From: an uncultured Rhodobacteraceae bacterium
GTDB lineage: Bacteria > Pseudomonadota > Alphaproteobacteria > Rhodobacterales > Rhodobacteraceae
Length of the DNA: 64,000 bases
NCBI GenBank assembly: GCA_947487205.1
Contig: CANKVU010000004.1
Coordinates: 110,000 to 173,999, forward strand
Direction of reading: 5' to 3'
A program made the position numbers and the translations under genes. Each line of letters opens with the position of its first letter. Within the stretch, counting starts at the first letter, position 1. The notes below the pieces were generated by a model, which was given only the letters and a program-made list of their open reading frames with translations, was not told where the DNA came from and did no database searches. This document shows positions 55,277 to 64,000 of the stretch, piece after piece.

Positions 55277-56470
55277 CTAGTCGGTGGCGTAGCGTTCGAT
55301 CCAGCCCGCCTCGATGGCGTCGGACCAGCTCGCATGGGGCTCGGGGCGGACCGCGCCCAGCGCCTCGGGCGGCAGGGTGGCCACGCCCAGGTCGAGGTCG
55401 GCGAAGGCCTGCGCGGCCGCCTCGGGAAGGGCCTCCATGTCGAGCACGGTGCCGTAGCCCAGCACGTCGGGGTCCTGCGCGCGCAGCTGCGCCTCGGGCG
55501 ACAGGAGCGCATTGGCCACCACCATCGCCCCCGCCTTCGATCCCGAATTGTAGGGGATCGCCACGAAGCTCGCATTGCCGATCGTGCCGCCCTCGGGGAC
55601 GAAGGTCCGCACCGTCTCGGGCAGCTGGAAATTGGCGATCGCGGTCGAGGCCTCCGAGGGCGAGAGGCTGGGGGCGATGTCGATCTCGTCGTCGGTGACG
55701 AGCTGGAACTGCGCCGGCCCGCTGGCGGGATAGGCCGCGCCCCCGCGCCACAGGTTCGGCGTCAGATCCTCGAGCCAGGCCCAGAGCGGCGCCGTCACCG
55801 CCTCCACGTCGTGCTCCGAGGCCGGGTCCTGCAGGACCGCGGGATCCTCCGCCAGGCTCACCAGAGCCTGCTTGAGGAAGGTGACGCCCAGGAAATCGGG
55901 CGGCTGGGGAAAGGTGAAGCGCCCCGGATTGTCCGCCGCCCACCGGCCCAGCGCCGCGATCGAGGGCAGCGGCTCGGCATCCCGGGAATCGTACATGAAC
56001 ACGAACTGCGCCTTGGCCCAGGGGCTTTCCAGCCCGTCGACGGAGGTGCCGAAATCGGTGGTGACGATCTCGTCCTCGGCCACCAGCGACCGGTTCGGGA
56101 TCGCCTCGGCCCAGGGGCCCCACAGCAGGTCGGCGCCCTTCATCGAGACGAAGTTCTCGCCGTTGATCCAGATCAGGTCCACCGCCCCGTCCGCGTCCCG
56201 CCCGGCCTGCTTCTCGCTCAGCACCCGGGTCACGGCGTCGGCGGTGTCGGTCAGCTTCACCTGCTCCAGGGTGACGCCGTATTCCTCCTGCACCCGGTCG
56301 CCGATCCAGGCGATGAAGTCGTTCGTCGCCGTCGATCCGCCCCAGGCGTGCCAATAGACGGTCTGCCCCCGGGCCTCCGCCAGCACCGCCTCCCAATCGC
56401 CGGGATCGGGCGCGGCGAGGGCCGCACCGGGCACGGCGAGCAGGGCGGCGAGGCGGAACAGCGATCTCAT
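55277..56470 (-). CDS. ABC transporter periplasmic substrate-binding protein (YnjB-like)
   Basis: 397 aa from the internal ATG of ORF 55277..56593. The signal peptide is MRSLFRLAALLAVPGAALAA, followed by a block (VYWHAWGGS…) typical of YnjB-type binding proteins. Confidence 0.75.
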   Translation of the reverse strand: MRSLFRLAALLAVPGAALAAPDPGDWEAVLAEARGQTVYWHAWGGSTATNDFIAWIGDRVQEEYGVTLEQVKLTDTADAVTRVLSEKQAGRDADGAVDLIWINGENFVSMKGADLLWGPWAEAIPNRSLVAEDEIVTTDFGTSVDGLESPWAKAQFVFMYDSRDAEPLPSIAALGRWAADNPGRFTFPQPPDFLGVTFLKQALVSLAEDPAVLQDPASEHDVEAVTAPLWAWLEDLTPNLWRGGAAYPASGPAQFQLVTDDEIDIAPSLSPSEASTAIANFQLPETVRTFVPEGGTIGNASFVAIPYNSGSKAGAMVVANALLSPEAQLRAQDPDVLGYGTVLDMEALPEAAAQAFADLDLGVATLPPEALGAVRPEPHASWSDAIEAGWIERYATD

Positions 56471-57093
56471 GCGTCTTGGTCCTTTCGATCGGGAAAGATC
56501 TGCCGCGCGGCGGCGATCCTGAGCGCGCCCGTCACCATGCAAAGCGCGGCGAAGGCATAGGCCAGCGGCGCGAAGGCCCCGGGAAACAGGCACAGGACCA
56601 CGAAGAACAGGATCGTCTCGGTCCCTTCGAGGAGCCCGTTCGAGAAATAGAGCGTCTTCTCGCCGCGCGCGGCGGTGGTCATGCGCCGCCGCTCGGCCAG
56701 GATCGCATAGCCCAGAAAGCTCGTGCCGTTGAAATAGAAGCTGGTCAGCAGCACCGCCCCCGCGATGCCGTTGGCGTCGGGATCGGCCACCACGAAGGCC
56801 AGCGGCACCACGCCGTAGAACAGGAAATCCGCCGCGATATCGACATAGCCGCCGAAATCGGTCTTCTGCGTGGCCCGCGCCACCGCCCCGTCGAGCCCGT
56901 CGGCCAGCCGCGAGGCCAGCAGCGCGACCAGCGCGGCGCCGAACGCCTCCGCCGCGATCAGCCCCGCCGAGACGAGGCCCAGCGCCAGCCCGGCGGCGGT
57001 GACGGCGTTCGCGCCGACCCCGCGCCGCGCCAGCCCGGCGCCGATCCGGTTCAGCGGCGGATCGATCAGCCTTCGGGACAGCGGGTCGAGCAA
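56467..57093 (-). CDS. CDP-alcohol phosphatidyltransferase family protein (YnjF-like)
   Basis: 208 aa with a TTG start. The family motif is present (DGLDGAVAR…D…D), with multiple TM helices. It overlaps the SBP gene start by 4 nt. Confidence 0.78.
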   Translation of the reverse strand: MLDPLSRRLIDPPLNRIGAGLARRGVGANAVTAAGLALGLVSAGLIAAEAFGAALVALLASRLADGLDGAVARATQKTDFGGYVDIAADFLFYGVVPLAFVVADPDANGIAGAVLLTSFYFNGTSFLGYAILAERRRMTTAARGEKTLYFSNGLLEGTETILFFVVLCLFPGAFAPLAYAFAALCMVTGALRIAAARQIFPDRKDQDA

Positions 57094-57178
57094 CGGGATA
57101 CCTCCGGGGTTCCCGCCGTTCTGACCCAGGCCGCGGCGCCCCGCAATCGGGGGTGTCGAAGTTTTGACCGCGCCCCGT

Positions 57179-57514
57179 TCAGGCCCGGCGTTCGAGCCGC
57201 CGGCGCGCGCCGCCGATCTCGGTGCAGTGCCCGGCGGCCGAATAGGTCTGCGTGGTCACGCCGCCCGCCAGCGCGCGGACCACCCGCTCGGCCGCCCGCG
57301 CGCCGTCGCGCGCCGCCGCCAGGAGCGGCGCGTTGCGCTCCGCCGCCCGGCGGATCGCCGCCAGGATCTCGGCCTCGGCGCCGTCGCGCTCCAGCGCCTC
57401 GGCCAGTTCGCTCTTGGGCGCCAGAAGCGCCGCGGCGGCGGTCACGTCGCCGGCGCGCAGCAGCGCGCGCTCCCGTTCGAGAAGCCGCAGAAGGCTCTGT
57501 GCGGTGCGGCTCAT
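57179..57514 (-). CDS. FlgN-like flagellar chaperone (hypothetical)
   Basis: 111 aa from the internal ATG of ORF 57179..58915. It is all-helical and Leu/Ala/Arg/Glu-rich (LLRLLERERALLRAGDV…), and it overlaps the rod-binding gene by 4 nt. The family call is tentative. Confidence 0.45.
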   Translation of the reverse strand: MSRTAQSLLRLLERERALLRAGDVTAAAALLAPKSELAEALERDGAEAEILAAIRRAAERNAPLLAAARDGARAAERVVRALAGGVTTQTYSAAGHCTEIGGARRRLERRA

Positions 57515-57774
57515 TCGTCGTACTTCGCCATCTGGTGGAACAATTGCTCGGCCAGGCCGATCCCCCCGGCCTCCACCATGGTGCGGGCCTGTTCCTCGCG
57601 CATCAGCGAGGCGAATTGCGCCTCGCCCTCGCCGCCCCCGAAGGGGCCGGCCATCGCGTCCAGTCCCGCGCCCTTCAGCATCTCGGACAGGAACGCCGCC
57701 TCGAGCTTCTTGGCCGCGTCGTACATCGCCATCTGGCGGGGCGTCTGGATCGAGGCAATCTCCGCGATCTGCAT
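57511..57774 (-). CDS. Rod-binding protein (FlgJ N-terminal domain-like)
   Basis: 87 aa from the internal ATG of ORF 57511..59133. The Rod_binding block is AAKKLEAAFLSEMLKGAG…FASLMREEQARTMVEAGGIGLAEQL. Confidence 0.7.
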   Translation of the reverse strand: MQIAEIASIQTPRQMAMYDAAKKLEAAFLSEMLKGAGLDAMAGPFGGGEGEAQFASLMREEQARTMVEAGGIGLAEQLFHQMAKYDE

Positions 57775-57826
57775 CTGGTCCTCCGGGGGTTCGGGCAGGA
57801 TGTTTCCGGCACGATCCGCGATTCCC

Positions 57827-57841
57827 GTAAAGGATTGGTAA
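57827..57841. promoter_or_regulatory. GTAA-N7-GTAA element in the divergent flgJ-like/fliK promoter region
   Basis: gtaaaggattggtaa was read directly. It overlaps the 9-mer TTGGTAAGC, which also occurs upstream of flhA at 39457-39465. Confidence 0.2.
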
Positions 57842-57885
57842 GCCTTCGCTGGTTGTTTCGGGGACGAGTTTCCCGGAGCGACGCG

Positions 57886-59331
57886 ATGATTCCCTCGATC
57901 TCTTCCCCGTCCGCCGACCCCGCGACGCCCGGCGCGCGCCTGGCCCCGGCCCGCGGCGCGGAAACCGGCGCCTTCGGCCGGCTGGTGGGCCCCGACCGCG
58001 CGAGCGGCCCGGGGCGCGCCGCCGATCCCGGCCCCGCCGCCGAGGCCGGGCCGGACGCCGCCGCCGACCCCGGAACCGAGACGGCCGGGACGGCGGAGGC
58101 GCGAACCGGCGACGCGGCGGCCCCGCAAGAGACCCCGGACGCGCCGGCCGAGCATGGCGGCGAGGGGGAGAGCGACACCGATCTGGCCCCCGATCTCGCC
58201 CCCGATCTCGACGTGATCGCGGCCACCGCCGACGAGATCGCCCGCGCCGCGGCGGAGGCCGAGACCCCCGCCGAAACCCCCGATGGCCACGCCGCCGAAG
58301 ACGCCGAAGACGCCGAGGGGGACGGCGCCGCCGAAAACGCCGAGGAAGACGGCGCCGCCGATCCCGACGCCCCCGACGCTCCCGCCGCCGAGGACGCCGC
58401 GCGCGCCCCCGCCGCGCCGTTGGCCGCCCCCGCCGCGCCGTCCGGCCCCGGCGACGCGCCCAAAGGGGGCGACCCGGCCACCCTGGCCGCCGCCGCGCCC
58501 CGCCCCGACGCGGCCCGCGTCGAGGGCCCGGCCGGGGCGGTGCCCGCTCCGGGCCGCTCCGGGCCGTCCGGCCCCGAGGCCGCCGCGGCGATCCCCGGCC
58601 CCGCCGGCGCGGCGCTCGCGCGGCTGGGCGAGGGCGCGCGCCACGCGGCGCGCGACCGCGACGAGGCCCGCCGCGACGCCCCCGCGATCGCGCCGAGGGA
58701 GGCCGCCGCCCCATCCCTGGCCGACGGCCGCGCGGCCCCGCCCGCGCCCGTCGGCCCCGCCGCCTCCCCCGGCCCCGCCCGGGCGGGCCAGACCCCGGCC
58801 GACGGGGCCGCGTCCGCCGCCCTGCCGGGTGCCCTGCCCGGCGCCGCCCCGGATGCGCCGGTGGCCGACTTCCTGTCCGCGTCCCCGGCCGCCGCCCCCG
58901 GCGGGACGGAGGCACGGGCGCCGGGCGCGCCGACCGCGACGGCCTTCGCCGCCGCGGCGGCGCCGCGCCAGATCGCCGAGGCGGTGGTCACGGCCCGGAG
59001 CGACCGGCTGGAGATCGCCCTCTCGCCCGAGGAACTCGGCCGCGTCCGGATCACGATCAGCCAGGGCGAATCGGGGCTCAGCGTCCATCTCGCCGCCGAT
59101 CGCAACGACACGATGGGCCTGCTGCGGCGCCACGCCGCCGATCTCGGCCGCGCCCTGGCCGAGATGGGGCTCGGATCGGCGGACATCGATTTCGGCGACC
59201 GCCCGGGCGAGCGCGCGCCGCGGGGCGGCGGACAGGCGGTAAGGCTCGGCCTGGCCGGCGAACCCGACACCCCCCTCGCCCCGGCCGGCCGCCCCGCGGC
59301 CCTGTCGGACCGCATGGATATCAGGATCTAG
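57886..59331 (+). CDS. fliK: Flagellar hook-length control protein FliK
   Basis: 481 aa from the internal ATG of ORF 56476..59331. A long Ala/Pro/Asp/Gly low-complexity ruler includes a perfect 12-bp direct duplication (gcccccgatctc x2, about 58190-58213). The C-terminal Flg_hook domain reads RLEIALSPEELGRVRITISQGESGLSVHLAADR. Confidence 0.75.
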   Translation: MIPSISSPSADPATPGARLAPARGAETGAFGRLVGPDRASGPGRAADPGPAAEAGPDAAADPGTETAGTAEARTGDAAAPQETPDAPAEHGGEGESDTDLAPDLAPDLDVIAATADEIARAAAEAETPAETPDGHAAEDAEDAEGDGAAENAEEDGAADPDAPDAPAAEDAARAPAAPLAAPAAPSGPGDAPKGGDPATLAAAAPRPDAARVEGPAGAVPAPGRSGPSGPEAAAAIPGPAGAALARLGEGARHAARDRDEARRDAPAIAPREAAAPSLADGRAAPPAPVGPAASPGPARAGQTPADGAASAALPGALPGAAPDAPVADFLSASPAAAPGGTEARAPGAPTATAFAAAAAPRQIAEAVVTARSDRLEIALSPEELGRVRITISQGESGLSVHLAADRNDTMGLLRRHAADLGRALAEMGLGSADIDFGDRPGERAPRGGGQAVRLGLAGEPDTPLAPAGRPAALSDRMDIRI

Positions 59332-59339
59332 GAGAGAGC

Positions 59340-60053
59340 ATGGACATCACCCAGCCCCCGGCCGCCACCCGGGCCGCCGCCGCCGCGCAGAAGCAGGCCG
59401 TCGCGCCGCAGGGCGCCGCCGCGCCCGGCGGAACCGGCACCGGAACCGGCACTGGCAAGGCCGCGATCAGCTCGGATTTCCAGACCTTCCTGACGCTCCT
59501 GACCACGCAGATCACCAACCAGGACCCGATGAACCCGATGAAGGCCGAGGAATTCGCGGTCCAGCTCGCCACCTTCTCCAGCGTCGAGCAGCAGGTGAAG
59601 ACGAACGACCTGCTGAGCCGGATGGCGGGCGGCGGCGCGGGCGGGCTGTCGGCCGCCACCGGCTGGATCGGGCGCGAGGTCCGCACCTCGGGCGCGGTGC
59701 AGTTCACCGGCGCCCCGGTCTCGATCGACCCCGATCCCGCCATGGCCGGCGGCGCGCACCAGCTCGTCGTCACCGACCGCAACGGGGTGGAGGTCGACCG
59801 CCGCGCGATGGGCGGCGACGGGGCGGCGTTCCTCTATGACGGGCGCACCGCCTCGGGGGCGACGCTGCCGCGCGGCACCTATTCCTTCGCGATGGAAAGC
59901 TTCGAGGGCGGCGCCCTGGTCGCCACCGCCCCGGTCGCCGGCTACGGCCGCGTGGTCGAGGTCCGGAGCGGCGCCGCGGAGCCCGAACTCGTCCTGGCCG
60001 GCGGCCTGCGGGTGCCGATGAGCGACGTGACCGCCGTGCGCGAGGCCGGCTGA
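59340..60053 (+). CDS. flgD: Flagellar hook capping/assembly protein FlgD
   Basis: 237 aa. The FlgD N-terminal block is [24 protein letters not shown]…[14 protein letters not shown]. An Ig-like C-terminal domain follows. Confidence 0.9.
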   Translation: MDITQPPAATRAAAAAQKQAVAPQGAAAPGGTGTGTGTGKAAISSDFQTFLTLLTTQITNQDPMNPMKAEEFAVQLATFSSVEQQVKTNDLLSRMAGGGAGGLSAATGWIGREVRTSGAVQFTGAPVSIDPDPAMAGGAHQLVVTDRNGVEVDRRAMGGDGAAFLYDGRTASGATLPRGTYSFAMESFEGGALVATAPVAGYGRVVEVRSGAAEPELVLAGGLRVPMSDVTAVREAG

Positions 60054-60057
60054 CCCC

Positions 60058-61587
60058 TCAGCCGCCCACGAGGAGCACGGTCAGGATCACCGCGACGAAG
60101 GCGCTGCCCACCCCCGCGGCCACGGGCAGGATCCAGTCCGTCGCGGTGTCCGAGATCTCGTCGCGCGCCTCGGCCATCAGCCGCTGCTCGGCGATCTGCG
60201 GCAGGCGCGGCCCGAACCGCGCCAGCACCCGCATGGTGTGCACCAGGTCGCGGAGCAGCGCCTTGGGCCCGATGTTGTCCTTGATGTAATCCTCGACCAC
60301 CGGCTGGGCGACCTGCCAAATGTTGATCTGGGGATGCAGCGAGCGCGACACCCCCTCGACCACCACCATGGTCCGCTGCAGCAGGATCAGCTCGGTGCGC
60401 GTCTCCATCCCGAACCGCTCCGTCACCTCGAAGAGGTAGCTCAGGAGCCGCCCCATCGAGATCCGGCTGGCATCCATGCCGAAGATCGGCTCCCCCACGG
60501 CCCGGAGCGCGCGGGCGAACTCGTCCACGTCGCGGTCGGGGGGCACGTAGCCGGCCTCGAAATGGACCTCTGCCACGCGCTTGTAATCCTTGCGGATGAA
60601 GCCGTAGATGATCTCGGCATAGACGCGGCGGGTATATTCGTCGAGCCGCCCCATGATCCCGAAATCGAGCGCCACGATGTCGCCGTTGCGCGCCACCTTC
60701 AGGTTGCCCTGGTGCATGTCGGCGTGGAAGAAGCCGTCGCGCAGCGCGTGGCTCAGGAACAGGCGCAGCACCCGCTCGCCCAGCGCCCGGCGGTCGTGTC
60801 CGGCCGCGTCGATGGCGACCAGGTCGTTGGCCGGGATGCCCTCGGCCCATTCCAGCGTCATCACCCGCCGCGTCGACAGGAACCAGTGCACCGCCGGCAC
60901 GCGGAACCCCTCGTCGCGCTCGGTATTGGCGGCGAACTCGGCCGAGGCCGAGGTCTCCAGCCGCAGATCCAGCTCGCCCTGCACGACGCCGTCGAAATGG
61001 CGGATCACCTCCATCGGCCGCAGCCGCTTGGCGCCGGGCGCCAGCAGCGACACCGTCCGCGCCGCCAGGTAGAACGCGTCCACGTCGCGCCGGAACGCCC
61101 GCTCGATGCCCGGACGCAGCACCTTCACGGCCACGTCCTCGCCGGTCTCCGCCAGCCGGGCGTGGTGGACCTGCGCGATCGAGGCGGCGGCCACCGGCTC
61201 CGAGAACTCGGCGAAGATCGTCTCCGGCTCCACGCCCAGCTCGCGGCGGATCGTCTCCAGCGCCACCTCGCGCGGGAACGGCGCCAGCTTGTCCTGCAGC
61301 ACGCCCAGCTGCTCGGCCAACTCGGCGCCGACCACGTCGGGCCGGGTGGACAGGATCTGCCCGAACTTGATGTAGGCGGGACCGAGCGCGGTGATCGCCC
61401 GCGTCGCCGGCGGCAGCGACGGGTCGCCCTTGTAGCCCAGCCACTTGAACGGCCAGCCGAGCGCCCGGGCGGCCAGCCGCAGCGGCCGCGGCGCGTCGAA
61501 GGCGTCGAGCACCACGGTCATCGCGCCGGTGCGTTCCAGCGTGGCGCCGGTCCTGACCAGGCGCCAGATGTTGTGGGGGCCGCGCAC
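60058..61587 (-). CDS. ubiB: Ubiquinone biosynthesis protein kinase-like UbiB
   Basis: 509 aa with an ABC1/ADCK domain ([41 protein letters not shown]) and C-terminal TM helices. Confidence 0.9.
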   Translation of the reverse strand: MRGPHNIWRLVRTGATLERTGAMTVVLDAFDAPRPLRLAARALGWPFKWLGYKGDPSLPPATRAITALGPAYIKFGQILSTRPDVVGAELAEQLGVLQDKLAPFPREVALETIRRELGVEPETIFAEFSEPVAAASIAQVHHARLAETGEDVAVKVLRPGIERAFRRDVDAFYLAARTVSLLAPGAKRLRPMEVIRHFDGVVQGELDLRLETSASAEFAANTERDEGFRVPAVHWFLSTRRVMTLEWAEGIPANDLVAIDAAGHDRRALGERVLRLFLSHALRDGFFHADMHQGNLKVARNGDIVALDFGIMGRLDEYTRRVYAEIIYGFIRKDYKRVAEVHFEAGYVPPDRDVDEFARALRAVGEPIFGMDASRISMGRLLSYLFEVTERFGMETRTELILLQRTMVVVEGVSRSLHPQINIWQVAQPVVEDYIKDNIGPKALLRDLVHTMRVLARFGPRLPQIAEQRLMAEARDEISDTATDWILPVAAGVGSAFVAVILTVLLVGG

Positions 61588-61590
61588 CGC

Positions 61591-62343
61591 TCAGATCTTC
61601 CAGCCGGAATGCAGCGCGGCGATGCCCATGGAAAGGTTGCGATAGCGGACCTGCTCGAAGCCGGCCGTGCGGATCATCCCCGCGAAGGTCTCCTGGTCGG
61701 GAAAGCGCCGGATCGATTCAACGAGGTACTGGTAGCTGTCGCGGTCGCGCGCGATCGCCTGCCCCATCCGCGGGATGACGTTGAAGGAATAGAGGTCGTA
61801 GGCGCGCTGCATCATGTCGTTGGGGATCTGCGAGAATTCCAGCACCATCAGCCGCCCGCCGGGCCTGAGCACGCGGAACGCCTCGGCCAGCGCGTCCTCG
61901 GGCCGGGTCACGTTCCGGATGCCGAAGCTGATCGTGTAGACGTCGAAGCTCGCCGCCTCGAAGGGCAGCGCCATGGCGTCGCCCACCACCCAGTCGAGCC
62001 GCCCCTCCATGTCCTCGGCCTCGGCGCGCGCCCGGCCCGCCTCCAGCATCGATTCGGTCAGGTCCAGCACCGTGGCCCGCGCCGAGGGCGCGCGATCGAG
62101 GAAGCGGAACGCCACGTCGCCGGTGCCGCCGGCCACGTCCAGCAGGCGCTGGCCGGGCCGGGGCGCCAGCCAGTCCATCATCGCGTCCTTCCACAGGCGG
62201 TGGATGCCCAGGCTCATCACGTCGTTCATCACGTCGTAGCGCGAGGCCACCGAGGTGAAGACCCCGTGGACGCGTCCTGCCTTCTCGTCCTCCGGCACCG
62301 TCTGGAAGCCGAAATGGGTGGTGCGGTCGTCGCTGTCGGCCAT
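61591..62343 (-). CDS. ubiE: Demethylmenaquinone/ubiquinone C-methyltransferase UbiE
   Basis: 250 aa from the internal ATG of ORF 61591..63276. Motifs include [32 protein letters not shown] and the SAM motif [10 protein letters not shown]. Confidence 0.92.
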   Translation of the reverse strand: MADSDDRTTHFGFQTVPEDEKAGRVHGVFTSVASRYDVMNDVMSLGIHRLWKDAMMDWLAPRPGQRLLDVAGGTGDVAFRFLDRAPSARATVLDLTESMLEAGRARAEAEDMEGRLDWVVGDAMALPFEAASFDVYTISFGIRNVTRPEDALAEAFRVLRPGGRLMVLEFSQIPNDMMQRAYDLYSFNVIPRMGQAIARDRDSYQYLVESIRRFPDQETFAGMIRTAGFEQVRYRNLSMGIAALHSGWKI

Positions 62344-62430
62344 GGGCACTTGCGTCCTTGGATGCTCGGGCCTTCTTACATGTCTCCGCCCGCCGGGTAC
62401 AATGCGGGCGCAGCGACAAGGGGTCCCACC

Positions 62431-63282
62431 ATGCCCGAACTTCCCGAGGTCGAGACCGTGCGCCGCGGGCTGGAACCCGCCATGGCGGGGCGAATCGTCG
62501 ACCGGGTGGAGGTGCGGCGCCCCGACCTGCGCTGGCCCTTCCCCCCGCGCATGGCCGAGCGCCTGTCGGGCGCGCGGATCGACCATCTGGGGCGACGGTC
62601 GAAATACCTGCTCCTGACGCTCGACCGGGGCGAGACGCTGATCGTCCACCTGGGCATGTCGGGCCGGATGCTGGTCGATGCCGCGCCGCTCGCGGCCCAT
62701 GCCCACGAGATCGCCCCGGCCGACCGCCACGACCACGTCGTCTTCCACATGGCGGGGGGCGCGCGCGTCACCTTCAACGATCCGCGCCGCTTCGGGGCCA
62801 TGGACCTCGTGGCCACCGCGGCGCTCGACGCGCATTGGCTGCTGGCCCGGCTCGGCCCCGAGCCGCTCGGCAACGCCTTCGACGAGGACCACCTCGTCGC
62901 CGCCTTCCGGGGCCGCCGCATGCCGGTCAAGGCGGCGCTGCTCGACCAGCGGATCGTGGCCGGGCTCGGCAACATCTATGTCTGCGAGGCGCTGCACCGC
63001 GCCGGCATCTCGCCGCTGCGCAAGGCGGGGCGCATTGCCGCGCACCGGGTCCGCGCGCTCGTCCCCGCGATCCGCGCCACGCTCGACGACGCGATCCGGG
63101 CGGGCGGCTCGTCGCTGCGCGACTACCGCCGGGCCGACGGGGCCATGGGCTACTTCCAGCACGATTTCCGGGTCTACGGGCGCGCCGGCCGGCCCTGCCC
63201 GACGCAAGGCTGCACCGGCACCGTGCGCCGCGTCGTGCAATCGGGCCGCTCCACCTTCCACTGCCCGGCCTGTCAAAGATAG
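62431..63282 (+). CDS. mutM: Formamidopyrimidine-DNA glycosylase
   Basis: 283 aa from the internal ATG of ORF 60238..63282. The N-terminus is [14 protein letters not shown], and a C-terminal zinc finger is present ([27 protein letters not shown]). Confidence 0.93.
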   Translation: MPELPEVETVRRGLEPAMAGRIVDRVEVRRPDLRWPFPPRMAERLSGARIDHLGRRSKYLLLTLDRGETLIVHLGMSGRMLVDAAPLAAHAHEIAPADRHDHVVFHMAGGARVTFNDPRRFGAMDLVATAALDAHWLLARLGPEPLGNAFDEDHLVAAFRGRRMPVKAALLDQRIVAGLGNIYVCEALHRAGISPLRKAGRIAAHRVRALVPAIRATLDDAIRAGGSSLRDYRRADGAMGYFQHDFRVYGRAGRPCPTQGCTGTVRRVVQSGRSTFHCPACQR

Positions 63283-63346
63283 CTTGATCGGGCCGCCCCG
63301 GTTGATAAGGCTCGGTCCCTGGACCTAACAGCCAAGGCAGGACCGC

Positions 63347-64000
63347 ATGGCCTTCAAGACCATCGTCGTCGAGATCGAGGACCACGTCGCCCTCATCCGG
63401 CTCAACCGCCCCGACGCCATGAACGCGCTCAACAGCACGCTCCTGACCGAGCTGGCGCAGGCGGTGGGCGAGGCGGAGCAGAACGACAAGGTCCGCTGCC
63501 TGGTGCTGACCGGCTCCGAGAAGGCCTTCGCCGCCGGCGCCGACGTGAAGGAGATGGCCGAGAAGGGATTCGTCGACGTCTTCACCGCCGACATCTTCGG
63601 CCGCCAGGCCCGCGCGATCGAGCATTGCCGCAAGCCGATCATCGCCGCCGTGTCGGGCTACGCGCTGGGCGGCGGCTGCGAGCTGGCGATGATGTGCGAC
63701 TTCATCATTGCCGCCGACAGCGCCAAGTTCGGCCAGCCCGAGATCAACCTGGGCGTCGTCGCCGGCATCGGCGGCACCCAGCGCCTGACCCGCTTCGTGG
63801 GCAAGTCCAAGGCGATGGAGATGCACCTGACGGGGCGCTTCATGAACGCCGACGAGGCCGAGCGCTCGGGCCTCGTCAGCCGCGTCGTGCCCGCCAAGAA
63901 GCTGATGGAGGAGGCGCTGGCCGCCGCCCAGAAGATCACCGAGAAGAGCCAGATCGCCGTCATGGCCGTCAAGGAGGCGGTGAACCGCTCCTACGAGACG
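63347..64000 (+). CDS. Enoyl-CoA hydratase (crotonase family). N-terminal 218 codons only; the gene runs off the right edge.
   Basis: Hand translation from the ATG at 63347 gives MAFKTIVVEIEDHVALIRLNRPDAMNAL…FAAGADVKEM…GYALGGGCELAMMCDFIIAADSAKFGQPEINLG. It is absent from the ORF track because no stop lies in the window. Confidence 0.88.
   Translation, partial: MAFKTIVVEIEDHVALIRLNRPDAMNALNSTLLTELAQAVGEAEQNDKVRCLVLTGSEKAFAAGADVKEMAEKGFVDVFTADIFGRQARAIEHCRKPIIAAVSGYALGGGCELAMMCDFIIAADSAKFGQPEINLGVVAGIGGTQRLTRFVGKSKAMEMHLTGRFMNADEAERSGLVSRVVPAKKLMEEALAAAQKITEKSQIAVMAVKEAVNRSYET

Noticed and set aside
57094-57135. A GGAAC…CGTT element on the minus strand upstream of the phosphatidyltransferase gene, as a possible fourth EcfG promoter.
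   Set aside because: The spacer is only 13 nt, against the required 16-17. The CGTT overlaps the predicted start codon region, which is incompatible with a functional promoter.
56476-59331. A 951-aa plus-strand ORF that would fuse everything from the phosphatidyltransferase region to fliK.
   Set aside because: Only the part from the ATG at 57886 looks real, with the FliK ruler and the Flg_hook C-terminal domain. The upstream 470 codons are antisense to three well-supported minus-strand genes and are Arg/Pro/Gly junk.

Overview
This is a high-GC segment, roughly two-thirds G+C by eye. It looks like an alphaproteobacterial chromosome, probably Rhodobacterales-like. That placement is an inference from petABC, flbT-flaF, a VPLPA-CTERM tail and the overall gene content.

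Positions 1-31.5 kb are densely packed housekeeping genes: rlmN, dapD, dapE, dapF, rnr, pncA, tRNA-Lys(UUU), mtaB, petABC, truA, parE, gabD, plus transporters and small stress-type genes.

Positions 31.5-60 kb are a large flagellar supercluster. It contains fliPNHF, fliL, motA, flhA-fliR-flhB, flgBC-fliE-fliQ-flgFGAH, fliI, flbT-flaF, flagellin, fliK and flgD. A 4.1 kb ynjBCD/ynjF-like transporter module splits it, and it holds several uncharacterised ORFs. ubiB, ubiE, mutM and an enoyl-CoA hydratase follow.

The clearest anomaly is an AT-rich islet of about 1 kb at 26259-27290. Hand counts give about 45% GC there, against much higher values in the flanks. It carries one DUF3800-type gene, has no mobility genes, and has recoded the 3' ends of both convergent neighbours, including parE. 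I consider it a horizontally acquired single-gene module and a candidate defence or conflict gene, function unknown.

Other points:
- Three sigma-EcfG-type promoters (GGAAC-N16/17-CGTT) sit in front of small stress-type genes.
- An orphan plus-strand terminator lies next to the islet.
- A 19-bp tandem repeat follows rnr.
- About 0.7 kb (6192-6880) has no convincing gene.
- CtrA-like boxes and 5'UTR hairpins occur within the flagellar locus.
- A 666-aa secreted protein sits where motB would be expected.

I found no CRISPR array, transposase, integrase or rRNA. Many very long ORFs in the track are antisense or off-frame shadows typical of high-GC DNA, and I rejected them.
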